This document shows, piece by piece, positions 27,710 through 39,227 of a stretch of DNA of 64,000 nt. Every line of letters begins with the position of its first letter. The stretch's first letter is position 1. Source of the stretch: Eukaryota sp. GEM-RC1 (Eukaryota). Location: NCBI GenBank assembly GCA_040285855.1, contig JAUFOQ010000002.1, positions 1,302,001 to 1,366,000 on the forward strand, given 5' to 3'. Both the position numbers and the translations under genes were made by a program. The notes under the pieces were generated by a model. It searched no databases. It saw only the letters and a program-made list of their open reading frames with translations, and had not been told where the DNA came from.

Positions 27710-27982
27710 ACCGGATTTCAAAATCAATCAACAACTCTCCCTGATCAATGTATAGGCCCTGTTTGATATAGCTTTGGGGTTGTCCTTGACAGGTGTGTAA
27801 TATACTTTTATTGCATTGAATAATAGAACGTCTTTTATTCAACTCCTTTCTTAACAGTGTACTTTACTGGAAAATACAAGGCGTTTTTTAACTCTAATCA
27901 ATTTGTTCATTATAGTCTGATATAAAGTGCAGTACAATGTATTACATACTAAATGTAATTCAAAGTCTTTGTGCTGTTTTTA

Positions 27983-28306
27983 ATGTCAAATTTTCCCTTT
28001 GAGCCCCTTTCCTACACTTTACCCACTGAAGAACCTCCTGTGACACATCCAAACTATGAAGAAATATTAGCTAGTTCATCTTCACTGTTGCAAAGGATAC
28101 ATGATTTCCTTCCTTCTGTTCATAACAATGAACCAGGTGTATCTGTTGAGAGTGTCAGTTCTGACGATGAACACTTTATTCAAATGGACATATACCCTGG
28201 TGTTCTCCAATTACAATCTGATGCTGGGGCTTCTATCATTCCTTCCGAATGCTCTTCATCTACTTCTGATTCGTCAGACAGCATGTCATCTGATGAATCT
28301 AGTTAA
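27983..28306 (+). CDS. NOPCHAP1/C12orf45 (DUF4598)-like protein
   Basis: SSLLQRIHDFLP and FIQMDIYPGVLQ motifs with an acidic/Ser tail. Confidence 0.6.
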   Translation: MSNFPFEPLSYTLPTEEPPVTHPNYEEILASSSSLLQRIHDFLPSVHNNEPGVSVESVSSDDEHFIQMDIYPGVLQLQSDAGASIIPSECSSSTSDSSDSMSSDESS

Positions 28307-28837
28307 CTCATGCTTGTTATTTATTATTTGATCCACATCCTTAAACTACGAAAATAAACTATAAGTCTACTAGTAGTCTACGAGTATAGGGTACGACACA
28401 GCCATACCCACTCAAACGAGTGTACAAGCTCTACATTGAAGTGACCAAGAATGTCATTCTGACCGAATAGCTCCGAGTTGTCTCAAAAAAACCATGGGAG
28501 AATAGTAATACGAGCTCTCAATCGACATATGTTCTTGGGCACTGAAGCCATCAACAGTACTGGTTTAAGCCCGCTGGCAGCTTCGAGCGACGGATGAAGG
28601 GAGACAACTGATGGAAACAAGCTGAACCTAACTTTTAAGTAGAGGTCGCAGATATCTTTGCTAGATATCCTAATATGAGCCTGTTTACCTACATCTATAT
28701 CTTATAAGCAGATGAACCAGCCACAGCTTCTATATTTGTAGTATGATGTCTGCCCGAAATAAAGATAACTTGTATGTTTAATGAACTGAAATAATATAGG
28801 AAAACGATAAAAAGGTGAAAGAAATGGCTAGGGTTAA

Positions 28838-29423
28838 CTATCGTAGGTGTCCCAATACAAGCAAGTAAAAGTGTTTGCTTGTATCATTCTATTGCATTCA
28901 GGATGTTGAGCGAGTTATACTTCAATACAAAGTTTATTAAAATGAATTACAACGTATAGAGCTGTGAACGCACTTCATAGTGTCCACTGGGGTGCTTACG
29001 TGTTGTTGTTGCGGATTTTTGCCCGAAGAACTCGATGGAGTTATTGTATTGTTTGACATTTGTAAAATCAGAAGCACAAAATGGCCTATCAAAATCCAAA
29101 TTATGAATAGGCAATAGAATCCCTGTCAATAAAACTTTGCTCCTAAAGAGACAAATATTGTGTACTTGTAGAACAAATTAAAACACTGTTATTAAAGCAT
29201 GTGTCATATTAATGTATTGTTATAAATTTTTGTTCTATTTAATATACAGTGTACAAGTAGCATTACGAAATAGAGTATGTGATCCAGTAATATATCGAAA
29301 TCAAAGGTGTCGTCGCTTCACCGTATAATAGGGTCCCAATACAAGCAAGGTCCCAATACAAGCAACAAAATGTGTTTGCTTGTATAAGATATTAAGTTGC
29401 TTGTATTGGGACACCTACAATAG
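28838..29423. mobile_element. 586-bp non-autonomous TIR element with subterminal hairpins
   Basis: 27-bp TIR CTAT(C/T)GTAGGTGTCCCAATACAAGCAA with one mismatch. Extra GTCCCAATACAAGCAA copies at about 29333 and 29350. ATACAAGCAA...TTGCTTGTAT hairpins at both ends. Confidence 0.85.
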
Positions 29424-29482
29424 GTGAAAATTCTACCCTCAATAACTTAACATCTCGAAAACATACAACAATAACTGTATCG

Positions 29483-29935
29483 ATGTCTGATGAATCTTAT
29501 GAGGTCCCTTAGCCTGACGAAGGAGATAAACAGACATTCCCAACTTTGGGGGATGAACAGAGAAGATGGAATGAACATGCTGCACAACATGATTTCTCTT
29601 TCGCTTCAGCATACACCCGTCGTCAAGGGAGAATGAGGGACTGCTACTGCTAAGAACTTAACCCACATTATCGCTCCAGTGGAGGACACCTCCTACTTGC
29701 TGATGCGTCGCTGCTTATCTCCAGAACAGACCCTTGGACAATTAGATATCAACAAGAAAATACTTACTACTTTTCTTAAACTCTCTGTCGAAAAGAACTT
29801 AGACAAACTGCTCTTATTGACATCAAGCCAAATTTCCAATGTTAAATGGAAGTTTTATCATACGTGGATCTAAGAGTGCTGTTCACTATATAATCGAGAG
29901 CTGTAGTTATGATTACCACGTTTTGCCGAAGTACG
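29483..29935 (+). pseudogene. Decayed FAR1/Mutator-type DNA-binding-domain ORF
   Basis: TFPTLGDEQRRWNEHAAQHDFSFASAYTRR and C-KWKF-IIRGSKSAVHYIIESCSYDYH resemble FAR1/WRKY-GCM1 patterns. Several in-frame stops. Confidence 0.35.
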
Positions 29936-30039
29936 ATGACGAGAACAGTGCTACTGGTTTATTGATTAGAAAGAAAGACAATACAGTTATACAACAGAAA
30001 CTTGTGTTGAATTTTTATTGGATTTATGTCCAAGATTGA

Positions 30040-31954
30040 CTAGTCATTTTCTTCAGCTATTTCGTCTTCGATTAATTCTTGAACAACGTTTTGACCTCTC
30101 TGAAATGCCAGTGGACGAGGTAGCCCTCTCAATTCATGATCGAACAACTCTAATTGATTAAGAGCAGCAGAAATGTCTCTGTGCCAGACTTTCTCACATG
30201 CAGGGCATTTGAAGTGACGGTGATCGACTTTTCCATCTTCGAAGTATGTCTTTACATGGACCCTTTTGCAACAATAAGTCAGTTTGGAAGTTCTAAACTC
30301 ATCTCCCTTAGGATTCCAAACATTCATACGGGTCTGCAAAAATTTCAAAAATTTCTTGTTGGCAGACTTTACTTTTTGACGGGATGCAAAATCAGTTCCT
30401 CTTCCATACCAAATGAGAGCCCCCTGTGTGCCCTCAGCAGCTTGACGTATGGCATTTACGAAATTTTGATAGCGTCTTTGTTTTCTTTGGAAGAAATCAA
30501 AGCGATGACTTCGAAGTTTCATTAAAGATGATTTATCCAACTGTCGGTTAATAGGAGCAGTCACAGAATGGAAACCACCTCTTCCAATTCTGTCCAGATA
30601 AGTTAAAAAGCCATTTGCTGAATAAACATTGGGCGAATCGTTGGTATCAAGAAAATTAAATGGTTGTCTTGTTTTGCCTTTAGGAGCTAGCACTATTCCT
30701 GAAGATGCAGGATGTTGGTTTTCAATTCTCCATGCATAACCACACAAGTTTGAATGATTCGGGTCGATGGCCACTTTTAGGTATACACCGTCAGGGGCTA
30801 TGCCAATTTCTTGGGGCACTCGCTGCTTTTTTTTGTAAGTGAGACTTTACAAACATGATTTTGGTCTTCCTACCACATGTTTCCACTTCTTTCTTGGTCC
30901 TTCTGGTTCGAATTCTTTTTTCTTTCTTCGAAAACGTGAACATAACTTGTTTTCCGTTACTTTGGAGTGAGCACGATGGCCATTCTTCTTTGTTTTTATT
31001 AAAAAATTTGTAGGGATCAGTTTTGAGTTGATGAAGCTTCCTTTCAAAACCTGTTGTTCTTGGGCCTCGTTTCAACTCTTTCTTGTTTGTCAGAGTTGTC
31101 ATTCTTTGGATCAATCTATCTGAAAGAGTGATGAAACCAGGTGTGTATTTTTTGATTGGAGAAATTTTCAATTTTCGAAAGCTTTCTGGATGGAAGTTGT
31201 TCTCCATAAAGCTCTGTAATCTCAAGCAGTATTCAGCTACTAAGGCGGCGAACTCTTGAGTAATCTCAATGGCCTCAATCTCTTCACTTTGGTTGTTCTT
31301 TTCGTAAAAGTTAAGAAGATAGAGTTCACGATAATAGAAGTCACCCGATGCTTCAAAATACAGGCCTTTGACCACTTCATACCACTGTGCCCACCATTCG
31401 CTCAATGATTCTGGAATCGACGCATCCTCTATGTCATAAATCTTAACAAATGATTGAGGGTAAGGGCAGTCCAGTTCACGAGCTATCAAAAAATTTCGTC
31501 TCCAAGTAGGGAATAGCGAAGCTATCATTATTTTACAGTTAATAGCAAGCTTTCTACAACTATCACTTAGAATGTGGGAATGACATTGAGGGGGGATCTC
31601 TTTGGCTAAAAACAGTTGATAGAGTAATAGTGTCCAAAAATGTTTGGAAGATGGCGTTTTTAACAGCAGATTCAAAAGTTGTATCATAAGGAGATTCAAT
31701 AGGTCGTTCTTTTCTGTTACTGAGCCAGTTTTTCTTGGAGAAAATATCTGTAGCTGCTAACCAAAAATTTTGATTTGTAAGGGCAAAAGCCAAACGGGGA
31801 TAAGAGATTGTGAATTGTCGTACAAAAAGAGATGAATATCGCATAATAACGGAGGACGCATTTAAGTGACGACGGAACCACTTGATATTGGATTTAGGGA
31901 AAAGTGAAAGATACCAGCAGTAAGTGTTATAGTGTTGGGACTAATACAAGACAT
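30040..31954 (-). CDS. Fanzor1-type (eukaryotic TnpB) RNA-guided RuvC nuclease, about 637 aa reconstructed
   Basis: RuvC-I VAIDP, IWYG at the canonical-E position, alternative catalytic E in GDEFRTSK, Zn ribbon ...CC...CPAC, RuvC-III HRDISAALN, and C-terminal RPLAFQR. Reconstruction needs three homopolymer indels (about 31900, 31590, 30830). Confidence 0.88.
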
Positions 31955-32645
31955 TACAACTACAGTGTAATATGGAACAAAAATTGTATCTCTTCAAAGC
32001 AAAGGTTCGCAGGTTTCATGTAAAAATTTGAAAATTTAAAATTCCCTTTTCAAAAAACACAAGGACTAATACGCAACACGTAAAAAACTAAATTATTGTA
32101 TTGTCTTTAAAGCATTTAAAACAATTCCTATCCTTTAAAATATTTTTTGCAGTTTCTTAGCTTATTTCTAAAGGAGATACGCTACTGGAGAGCCGATACA
32201 TTGAATTACTGAACAAAAAGCAACAGTAGTTTTCATTTTGGGTGAATATCCCCATTTTACCAATTCTCCCACACACCCAATTCCCACAAACTCTTTTTAC
32301 TTATGGGATATACTTTTGGAATGCTTTGGGACTCAAGACTCGACATAACTCGATTTATTTTTTATCAACGAAAGAGTGAAGAGTGATCGATAGTGTCGAC
32401 ACTGAAGCAATTGTCTCAGAGAATGTCTAATCTTTTTTCTTCGTTATTTTTTTATTAAGGAAAGATAGATAATCCGGACGTCTAAGGGAATGTCTAATCT
32501 ATCTATCGTTGACTCAAGTCTGACGAAAAAGAAGTACATCCAACACAGTAGTTTTTCTTTATTATCACATCCTTAAATTTACTACACGCCAATGTATTCA
32601 TTGGTAAACAACAGTTATTCCAACACTTCAAGAATAAATACAAAA

Positions 32646-33700
32646 CTACAACTTTTTCTTTGGCATATTTCTAGGTGGTGTGTATGGTCGTTGAAGTGTT
32701 TGAGCGGAAGATCCATATATGTTTTTCCTTGTGGAAGTTGCTGGTCGAAGAACTTGAAACGAACACAGCAAGCTTTCATCAACACTCATCATTGCACCAG
32801 CATTATCAAACTCTCCACAATCTAAAGTAAGCAAAATGAGAGAAACAAACAATTTGGTGCAGAAAATATGGTGACTAACTGACGGTGGGCAAAAACTCAT
32901 ATCCATCCTCAACAACCTGATGAGCGCGGCAAATAAGGTCTAAATCTTGACTCTCAAGAAAGTGTTGTACGATATCAGCACCAAAAGTATAGGAGACACC
33001 TCTGTCGTTTTCTCCCCATCCAGCAATGTCTTTATCTGGATCTGACCATAGAAGATCACATAACATGCCAGTGTCTGGAACATCCGTGGGACGTGCTATT
33101 CTTCTAACTTGTTGAAGATCTTTTAGATCAGGTGATAATCCACCATGCATGCAAAAGATTTTTTCATCAATGACAGCAGCGATAGGTAAACAATTGAAAG
33201 TTTCTGTGAACATCTTCCATAACTTAACACCAGAGATATATCTACGTTTGCATTCATCATAAAAACCATAGATTCTATTAATGCTGGCGGATTCGTGGTT
33301 CCCTCTCAGTATAAAGAAGTTTTCTGGGTATTTGATCTTATAAGCCATCAACAAGCAGACAGTTTCAAGACTTTGCTTTCCTCTGTCAACGTAGTCACCA
33401 AGGAATAGATAATTGGCATCCGGTGGGAAACCTCCATATTCAAAAAGTCGAAGTAAATCAAAGTACTGGCCGTGGATATCGCCTGAGGTCACAAAGCAAG
33501 AAAAACTTACCACAGATTTTAATAGGAGCTTCAAGTTCAAGAAGAACAGGTTGGGCAAGAAAGATTTGTCGTGACTTAAGAAGTAGTCCACGAACTTCAT
33601 TGTCAGAAAGAGTTACTTGTTTACCAGGACGACTGTTACGGACTTCCAGTAACCGACGTATTATACTGTCAACATCGATGTCATAACGCTGAGCAGACAT
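32646..33700 (-). CDS. PPP1C: Protein phosphatase 1 catalytic subunit
   Basis: GDIHGQ, GDYVDRG, RGNHE and SAPNYC motifs. Introns at 33483-33510 and 32822-32850. One homopolymer indel at about 32891. Confidence 0.97.
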
Positions 33701-35163
33701 TGTGGAGGTTGAAATTGGGGAGGCGGGAAATTCGAGTCAAATTCGATCTCCACTACGCATTACTATTAAAGAAATAGTGCAGTACTAATAACTCAGTAGT
33801 ACTAATGTTTCCTGTTTCGACTTAGTTGGATTTGCCCGATAATTTTTGTGAACCACTGTTCCAGTACCGTAGTTTTTTTCCCGAGTTATGATAAGTTCTG
33901 CCGTTGAAAATAAAACACACTAATATTCAGAAAACGCACAAATGAATGTCTACAAAGATACGCTTATATACACATTTGCAAGTTTGAAACACTATGTACT
34001 GAATGTGTTTAGTGACTGTAAAATGTCAATCACTTCCACAAAAGTTCAATTCAAATATTGTTCTCTTCAAACGTATACTAAAGGAGGGAATTCTCATACA
34101 ATTTGAGACATATTGTGATTGAATTTGATTGACTGTTCATATATGGTTCAATAATACAGACTAATCCGGAACACGAATATTGTCGAGTTCACGGATACAA
34201 CAAAATATAATGTAACACTAATGGCAGAAAATAAGAGCGGATTTGTATTTATGTGCTGAGACAAATACACAACAAGAAACTAAATGTCAATAAATATGTA
34301 TAAAACCAGCTGTTATACGAACTGCCCAATTCCGACAGGCAGTTGTCACCAAATATTCTGACCATATTAGAATCGACTTATTTATACAATCACTTAAATG
34401 TCGCAAAGAATCATCCACTAAGACTATTTACCAAACTCTGACAGAAATTGTAATGTAATATACAAATTGTGTATTGCACTTCAGAGTAAATGCGATAGAG
34501 GTAATATAGATTCATATAGTTGCAATATATTGCCGGTGCAATGTTTTGTCAAAGGAACTCAAAATTCTCTCGGATTTGATTACCTGCGGTTGAGCTGGAC
34601 AACCGCTAAACCGGCTCAACGCCATTTTCAGGCTAATTGAATTTGTTACTCTATCTTCTACCACCGTTGAAACAGACGTCATACACGGAAAAGAAGAGTA
34701 TATGGAAGTTGCTTACCAATCAAATCAAATCGTTGATGTTTCATAAACGATGATGTTTGTACACTAAACATAAAAGAATATAACAAAAGAGCATATTGCT
34801 GTGTATACATTCAGTAGAGTTATTCTATATTCATAAATCTCTTTCCCTTTGTTTAACACAACAATATATAGTTTGATTATCGTCAGCTCAAAAGTCCTGC
34901 ATGTGAAATCAATTTCTGAGAATGTACTAAGAGTACTAGCACTAGTATTTAAACTTTTCCTTGTCATAATGAGGTATGAGGACCATACTACCCAATTTTG
35001 TTTGTATGCACTAGAAGATATCCTGGTGCTTAACCACGAAACCCGGCCATATTTGGTTAAGTCCATGTCAACTCCCCAGCTTCTAATTCGTCCTTATCCG
35101 TCTGCCTATTTCTTATTGATTTTATGTCTCGAATTTTACATGAATTTTTGAAGAAAAATACTA

Positions 35164-35294
35164 ACGTGTTCCGAAAAATGTTGGACCGAATAAATCGGTT
35201 TTTTGGCAAAAATCTCAGCCAAAGCACCAACATTATTTCCAACCAATATTTTTCAACACCATTTTTATTCGGTCCAACTTTTTTCGGAACACGT
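35164..35294. mobile_element. 131-bp MITE, pogo/Fot1-like
   Basis: TIR ACGTGTTCCGAAAAA(T/A)GTTGGACCGAATAAA of about 31 bp, flanked by TA on both sides. Confidence 0.85.
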
Positions 35295-35654
35295 TACTGT
35301 TGATGTTATTCTCATTCAGTGACATTAATCACTTGATCTTTGTCTTGATTTAGCATTGTGTTGTCTTCGTCTTCTACATGTCTTTCAATGGGGGACAGTT
35401 TACTTTAGTTTTACAATCAATTAGTTTAGTCCAGGCCCAAATACATTGACATTGCAATTATCATATACAAAAATCAGTTTTCTTGTTGGACTGACTATCG
35501 CTCAAAGCAACCGCTGATTCATACTGTGGTCAACACCGTAAAAACTTTTCAAGCTTTTTGAAGAAGAGTACACTAGTATCATTTTAAAACAGACTCTTCA
35601 AAAATAAACATTTATCACTTCGAAATTAATCAAAAAACTACAATACTAACACTT

Positions 35655-36695
35655 TCACGAAAAATTAGGATCCTCAGGATGGAAGAACTGACCAGCAAGT
35701 CGATAAATCTCTGAAGGATTATGCTGCCCAATGTTGGTGATATACAGTGTGACAAATCTAGGAGGAATATACTCATAAAGAGGATTCACAATATCCACAT
35801 TAGAACTAGATGCCAACCCCAATTCAGAGACCATAACTGACGGAGACAACAGAACGTTCTTAACAAACTGATCTTTGACATACTGAAAAGAAATCTTATA
35901 ACTAGCACAAACACATACCACAGGAATACTAAAACTAGCAGCAATCCGAGCAACTAATCCTGTCCCTGATGGAGTCAATAAACCACCGTCAGCAAGGACC
36001 GAGTGGGTACCAATGATAACTTTATTGATACGAGGCATGATAGCAGCAACCGCGGAATCCTTGACAACAGTGACAGAGATTCCTTTGGCTGTAAGACGAT
36101 TAGCCATTCGGTGTCCAGAGTAGTCTGGTGCCCGTTCAAGAACGTATACTTTGCATATGAAGTTTTGACTTGACGAAAGAAACTCAAAGACTGTTGTGGA
36201 GTGGCCAATAACAAGGATGGTCTCGTTACTATGGATGTGTTGTTGAGCCTGCTTTTGAATGTAGATGTAGCTTTCAGTAACTTCAGTCTCCAGTTCGTCA
36301 AGACTACTACAGAAGCCTGCTAGATCTTTATCAATGATGGGAGTGTGTACCTGTTTTGGACTAGGAAGAGTTTGATCGTCTTTGCTGGAACTTAAGATGG
36401 ACAGAGGACGAAGAACATAACTTTGCTGGGAGTATGAGCGAATTATGAAAAGGACTCGTCGTAAGATATTAGGAACAGCAAGTTCAAGAGGTTGTGCATC
36501 AGATAGTCTATGACCAATATCAATGATATCAGACCGCAGATCTTTCCAGTCACAGTAATTTTTTTTGTATGATTCTAGAAATGTTTTAAGGAGCGATATC
36601 GTTGTTGTAGCTGAGTGAAAGGCACCAGTGATTTGACGACGCCTTAGTTTGTAACAAACACCATTGATTTGATGTTCAAACTCTGAAGGAATCAT
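35655..36695 (-). CDS. EIF2B2: Translation initiation factor eIF2B beta subunit
   Basis: AQPLELAVPNILRRVLFIIR, HIHSNETILVIGHS, VIIGTHSVLADGGL and NPLYEYIPP. Confidence 0.9.
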   Translation of the reverse strand: MIPSEFEHQINGVCYKLRRRQITGAFHSATTTISLLKTFLESYKKNYCDWKDLRSDIIDIGHRLSDAQPLELAVPNILRRVLFIIRSYSQQSYVLRPLSILSSSKDDQTLPSPKQVHTPIIDKDLAGFCSSLDELETEVTESYIYIQKQAQQHIHSNETILVIGHSTTVFEFLSSSQNFICKVYVLERAPDYSGHRMANRLTAKGISVTVVKDSAVAAIMPRINKVIIGTHSVLADGGLLTPSGTGLVARIAASFSIPVVCVCASYKISFQYVKDQFVKNVLLSPSVMVSELGLASSSNVDIVNPLYEYIPPRFVTLYITNIGQHNPSEIYRLAGQFFHPEDPNFS

Positions 36696-37294
36696 ATTAG
36701 GGGAAAATCTAAGAATTTACAACACTGTAATTAAAGCTCCTGATAATCTCTTCGTCATCATCGATCCATTAGATCTTACTGTGAAGTATGTCGAGAAAGC
36801 AGACTTGTCGAGAACAAATATTAAATTCTCTATCGTTATTGGAACGGGAATCAATGACTACATTAGTGATGATTATCATAACAATCTAGGAGAAATCTTT
36901 TGTCCTCTCTACTTAGGAATTCAAAAAAATAAAGTGATCGAATGGGATTAGGAACGAATGAACTGATAGAAATCATCTTCAATATTTTTTGATTCCATAA
37001 ACTTATTAAGTTCTTCGTGATAGTTCTTCTTCCAAAATATTAATTGACAAATTGATGGAGTATCTACATCTAAGAAAGCAAAATCCTTCTCAACAATTAC
37101 TGATTCAATGTCGTTAAAGGCCAAGAAGTTTCGACTACTCTTCCTAATAAAATCGACTAAGAAAGGATTACTATCGACATTGATTTTGGACGATCAATAA
37201 ATTATTGATACAGCATTTATTGCAATATATTGAGATAAATATATTTATGAAAAGCCCTGGTGCCAACTGGTCCTGTCAGATTCATCATTATAAT

Positions 37295-37908
37295 CTGACA
37301 CTACACCGACAACAAACAATTTGTCTGAAGAAAAAGAGACAACGACATCTGCCCTCCGTTTACCAAAAAATTGATTCAGCCGTTCATAGTGAGCGAGTAT
37401 TTTTCTTTTCTTAACAGTCCTCAAGATTAAATCAATGGACTCCTTTTCCTCAGGAGAAGGAGTTGGGGGGTCTGCTGGATCAAAGTTCTTAAGAAATCAT
37501 CTCAATAACAATTCAGACGAAAGAAAGTTGTATGGAACGGAACAATAGATACGCAGTATGAAATCATCAACTGATTGTGTCGGGAATCTATCGAGAGACA
37601 TTGAAAGAGTTTCTGGAACGGTAGGGAAATATTCCTTCGTTGAGCAAAAAATCCTAAAAATAGAAGAAGGATAAGTAGTCTTGTACAAAGTGGCGAACCT
37701 GATGCAACATCCTCTTTGAAATCCAGATGGAAGATGAAGTACTCGTGCTAAATGGCGGGTCTGAATCCAATGAAAAACAGGCAACCTATGAAAGACAAAT
37801 AAAGGTAGAAACGCAAGATTGTGAGAAGAATGGACATTAGATCTCAAAAAGTAAGAATCTCAAGGGTGTTACAATCAGCAGACATAATGGACCAACATGC
37901 ACATTGAT
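37295..37908 (-). mobile_element. Internally deleted CRE-like element (N-terminal ORF fused to RLE fragment)
   Basis: Copy of 22062-22600 carrying a premature TGA, joined at about 37365 directly to FGKRRADVVVS, which matches about 23490-23570. Confidence 0.65.
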
Positions 37909-37938
37909 AAAAATCTTGGATTTTTTCAGTTCGTCTTG

Positions 37939-38510
37939 ATGGACAAAGTATCTCTAGAATATTCCTTCATAACACGAGAAGCCATCGATAACCCTTCTTC
38001 GTTTCGAGGTATCTACATTGTACCGAGACCAACTGACCCTTTGTTTGGGATGGAATCGTCTTTTGCAGGTCAGGTCTCTACCAGCCTGGTGTTTTTCGTT
38101 TCCAAATAATATATCCGAAAAACTACGACTCACATACAACATATCCTCTTCTACGATTTTCCACACATCTCTATCATCCGTTAGTTAACGACTCAACGGG
38201 AGATGTTGCTAACCAGTCTATATTCACGAGTGACTACTCATCTACTGAATCTCATGCAAAACAATTGGTATCATTTATTCATAGACTGTTCGACTTACTC
38301 TCAATTGAGAAGGGAATCGTTCTAAATCCAAAAGCCAAATCTGAGTATGACCAGTACATCGCTACTAAGGATACAACTGATCCAGAAGATTCTATATTTC
38401 TCCTGTCAATACGTCAATGTGTTCAAGAAAGTATCAACTCTGTTTATGATACAGATCCCAAATCAGCAATTGTAACCAAAAACAGTCTCAAAAGGAGGAT
38501 TCAAATATGA
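37939..38510 (+). CDS. AKTIP/FTS (UBC-like) protein
   Basis: After one indel at about 38045 it reads GIYIVPRPTDPL-WDGIVFCRSGLYQPGVFRFQIIYPKNY...FSTHLYHPLVN. Confidence 0.75.
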
Positions 38511-38630
38511 ATTTGTTTAAACAATGGTTAATTGAAACATCAGAAAACAATAACATTCACAATGTTAATTGGGGTTCGGCTCTGCAATGTTTTTACAAGG
38601 AATAAATCAATCGGATTGTTATTACTGTTC

Positions 38631-39203
38631 TCATTTCGAACGTTTAGGAAGGGAATCACACAGAGCAATGACATATCCAGAAGATTCATTGAGTTCTGAG
38701 CGTAACTTCTTTTGAGATGAACGCATTGATGTGTGAAGTTGGGGTGAAAGACACTGTGTAAGGTTGAATACTGCTTGTCGGTCAGTAAAGATGAGTGAAT
38801 CTAAATCATTAGAGGACATCACTGACGTGTCAAGAGATGATGAACAATTTGGCAGAAATTTGCGACGACGGGGAGTTTGTTTCTTGAAGCGAACAGAATG
38901 AGTTGTTGAAAGAGATGATGGTTCAGATGGAGGATGGTAGGGATTTGTGACTGATTCTGTATCAGTTTTAGACAAATACGTGTTTAGGTATGAGGTAGAC
39001 GTTGATTTACGATTGGTGGTGCTATGTGTTTTTCGTCGAGAGATCGACTTTGAGAATGAAGAGTCATTTAAGGGAATATTGTCCTGTTCCATTTGATACA
39101 GACTGACCTTGTTCAAGAAAGCATTTGAGCGCAATTGTATATCATTGACGAAGGATTCAAGATTGATGGTGTTCATTGAAGGGAACAAGGGAACCGTAGT
39201 CAA
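38631..39203 (-). CDS. Hypothetical Ser/Thr-rich protein (start uncertain)
   Basis: 190-codon ORF between two genes; no recognisable motif. Confidence 0.5.
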   Translation of the reverse strand: MTTVPLFPSMNTINLESFVNDIQLRSNAFLNKVSLYQMEQDNIPLNDSSFSKSISRRKTHSTTNRKSTSTSYLNTYLSKTDTESVTNPYHPPSEPSSLSTTHSVRFKKQTPRRRKFLPNCSSSLDTSVMSSNDLDSLIFTDRQAVFNLTQCLSPQLHTSMRSSQKKLRSELNESSGYVIALCDSLPKRSK

Positions 39204-39227
39204 GGGAACAATGTGGTAATTTTTTCA

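Noticed and set aside
28370..28760. Possible ncRNA or hAT dimerisation-domain relic
   Set aside because: No convincing fold, and only a faint stop-ridden resemblance (WKQAEPNF...RRYLC).
30040..30819. Bacterial IS200/IS605 or IS607 TnpB, or Cas12 contamination
   Set aside because: It is flanked by intron-containing eukaryotic genes, has no tnpA or CRISPR array, and shows a long N-terminal extension with the Fanzor-type glutamate arrangement.
33750..35150. Long non-genic stretch with short ORFs (34764-35151)
   Set aside because: No recognisable motifs, TIRs or in-window repeats. It is probably decayed mobile DNA, but I cannot support that.
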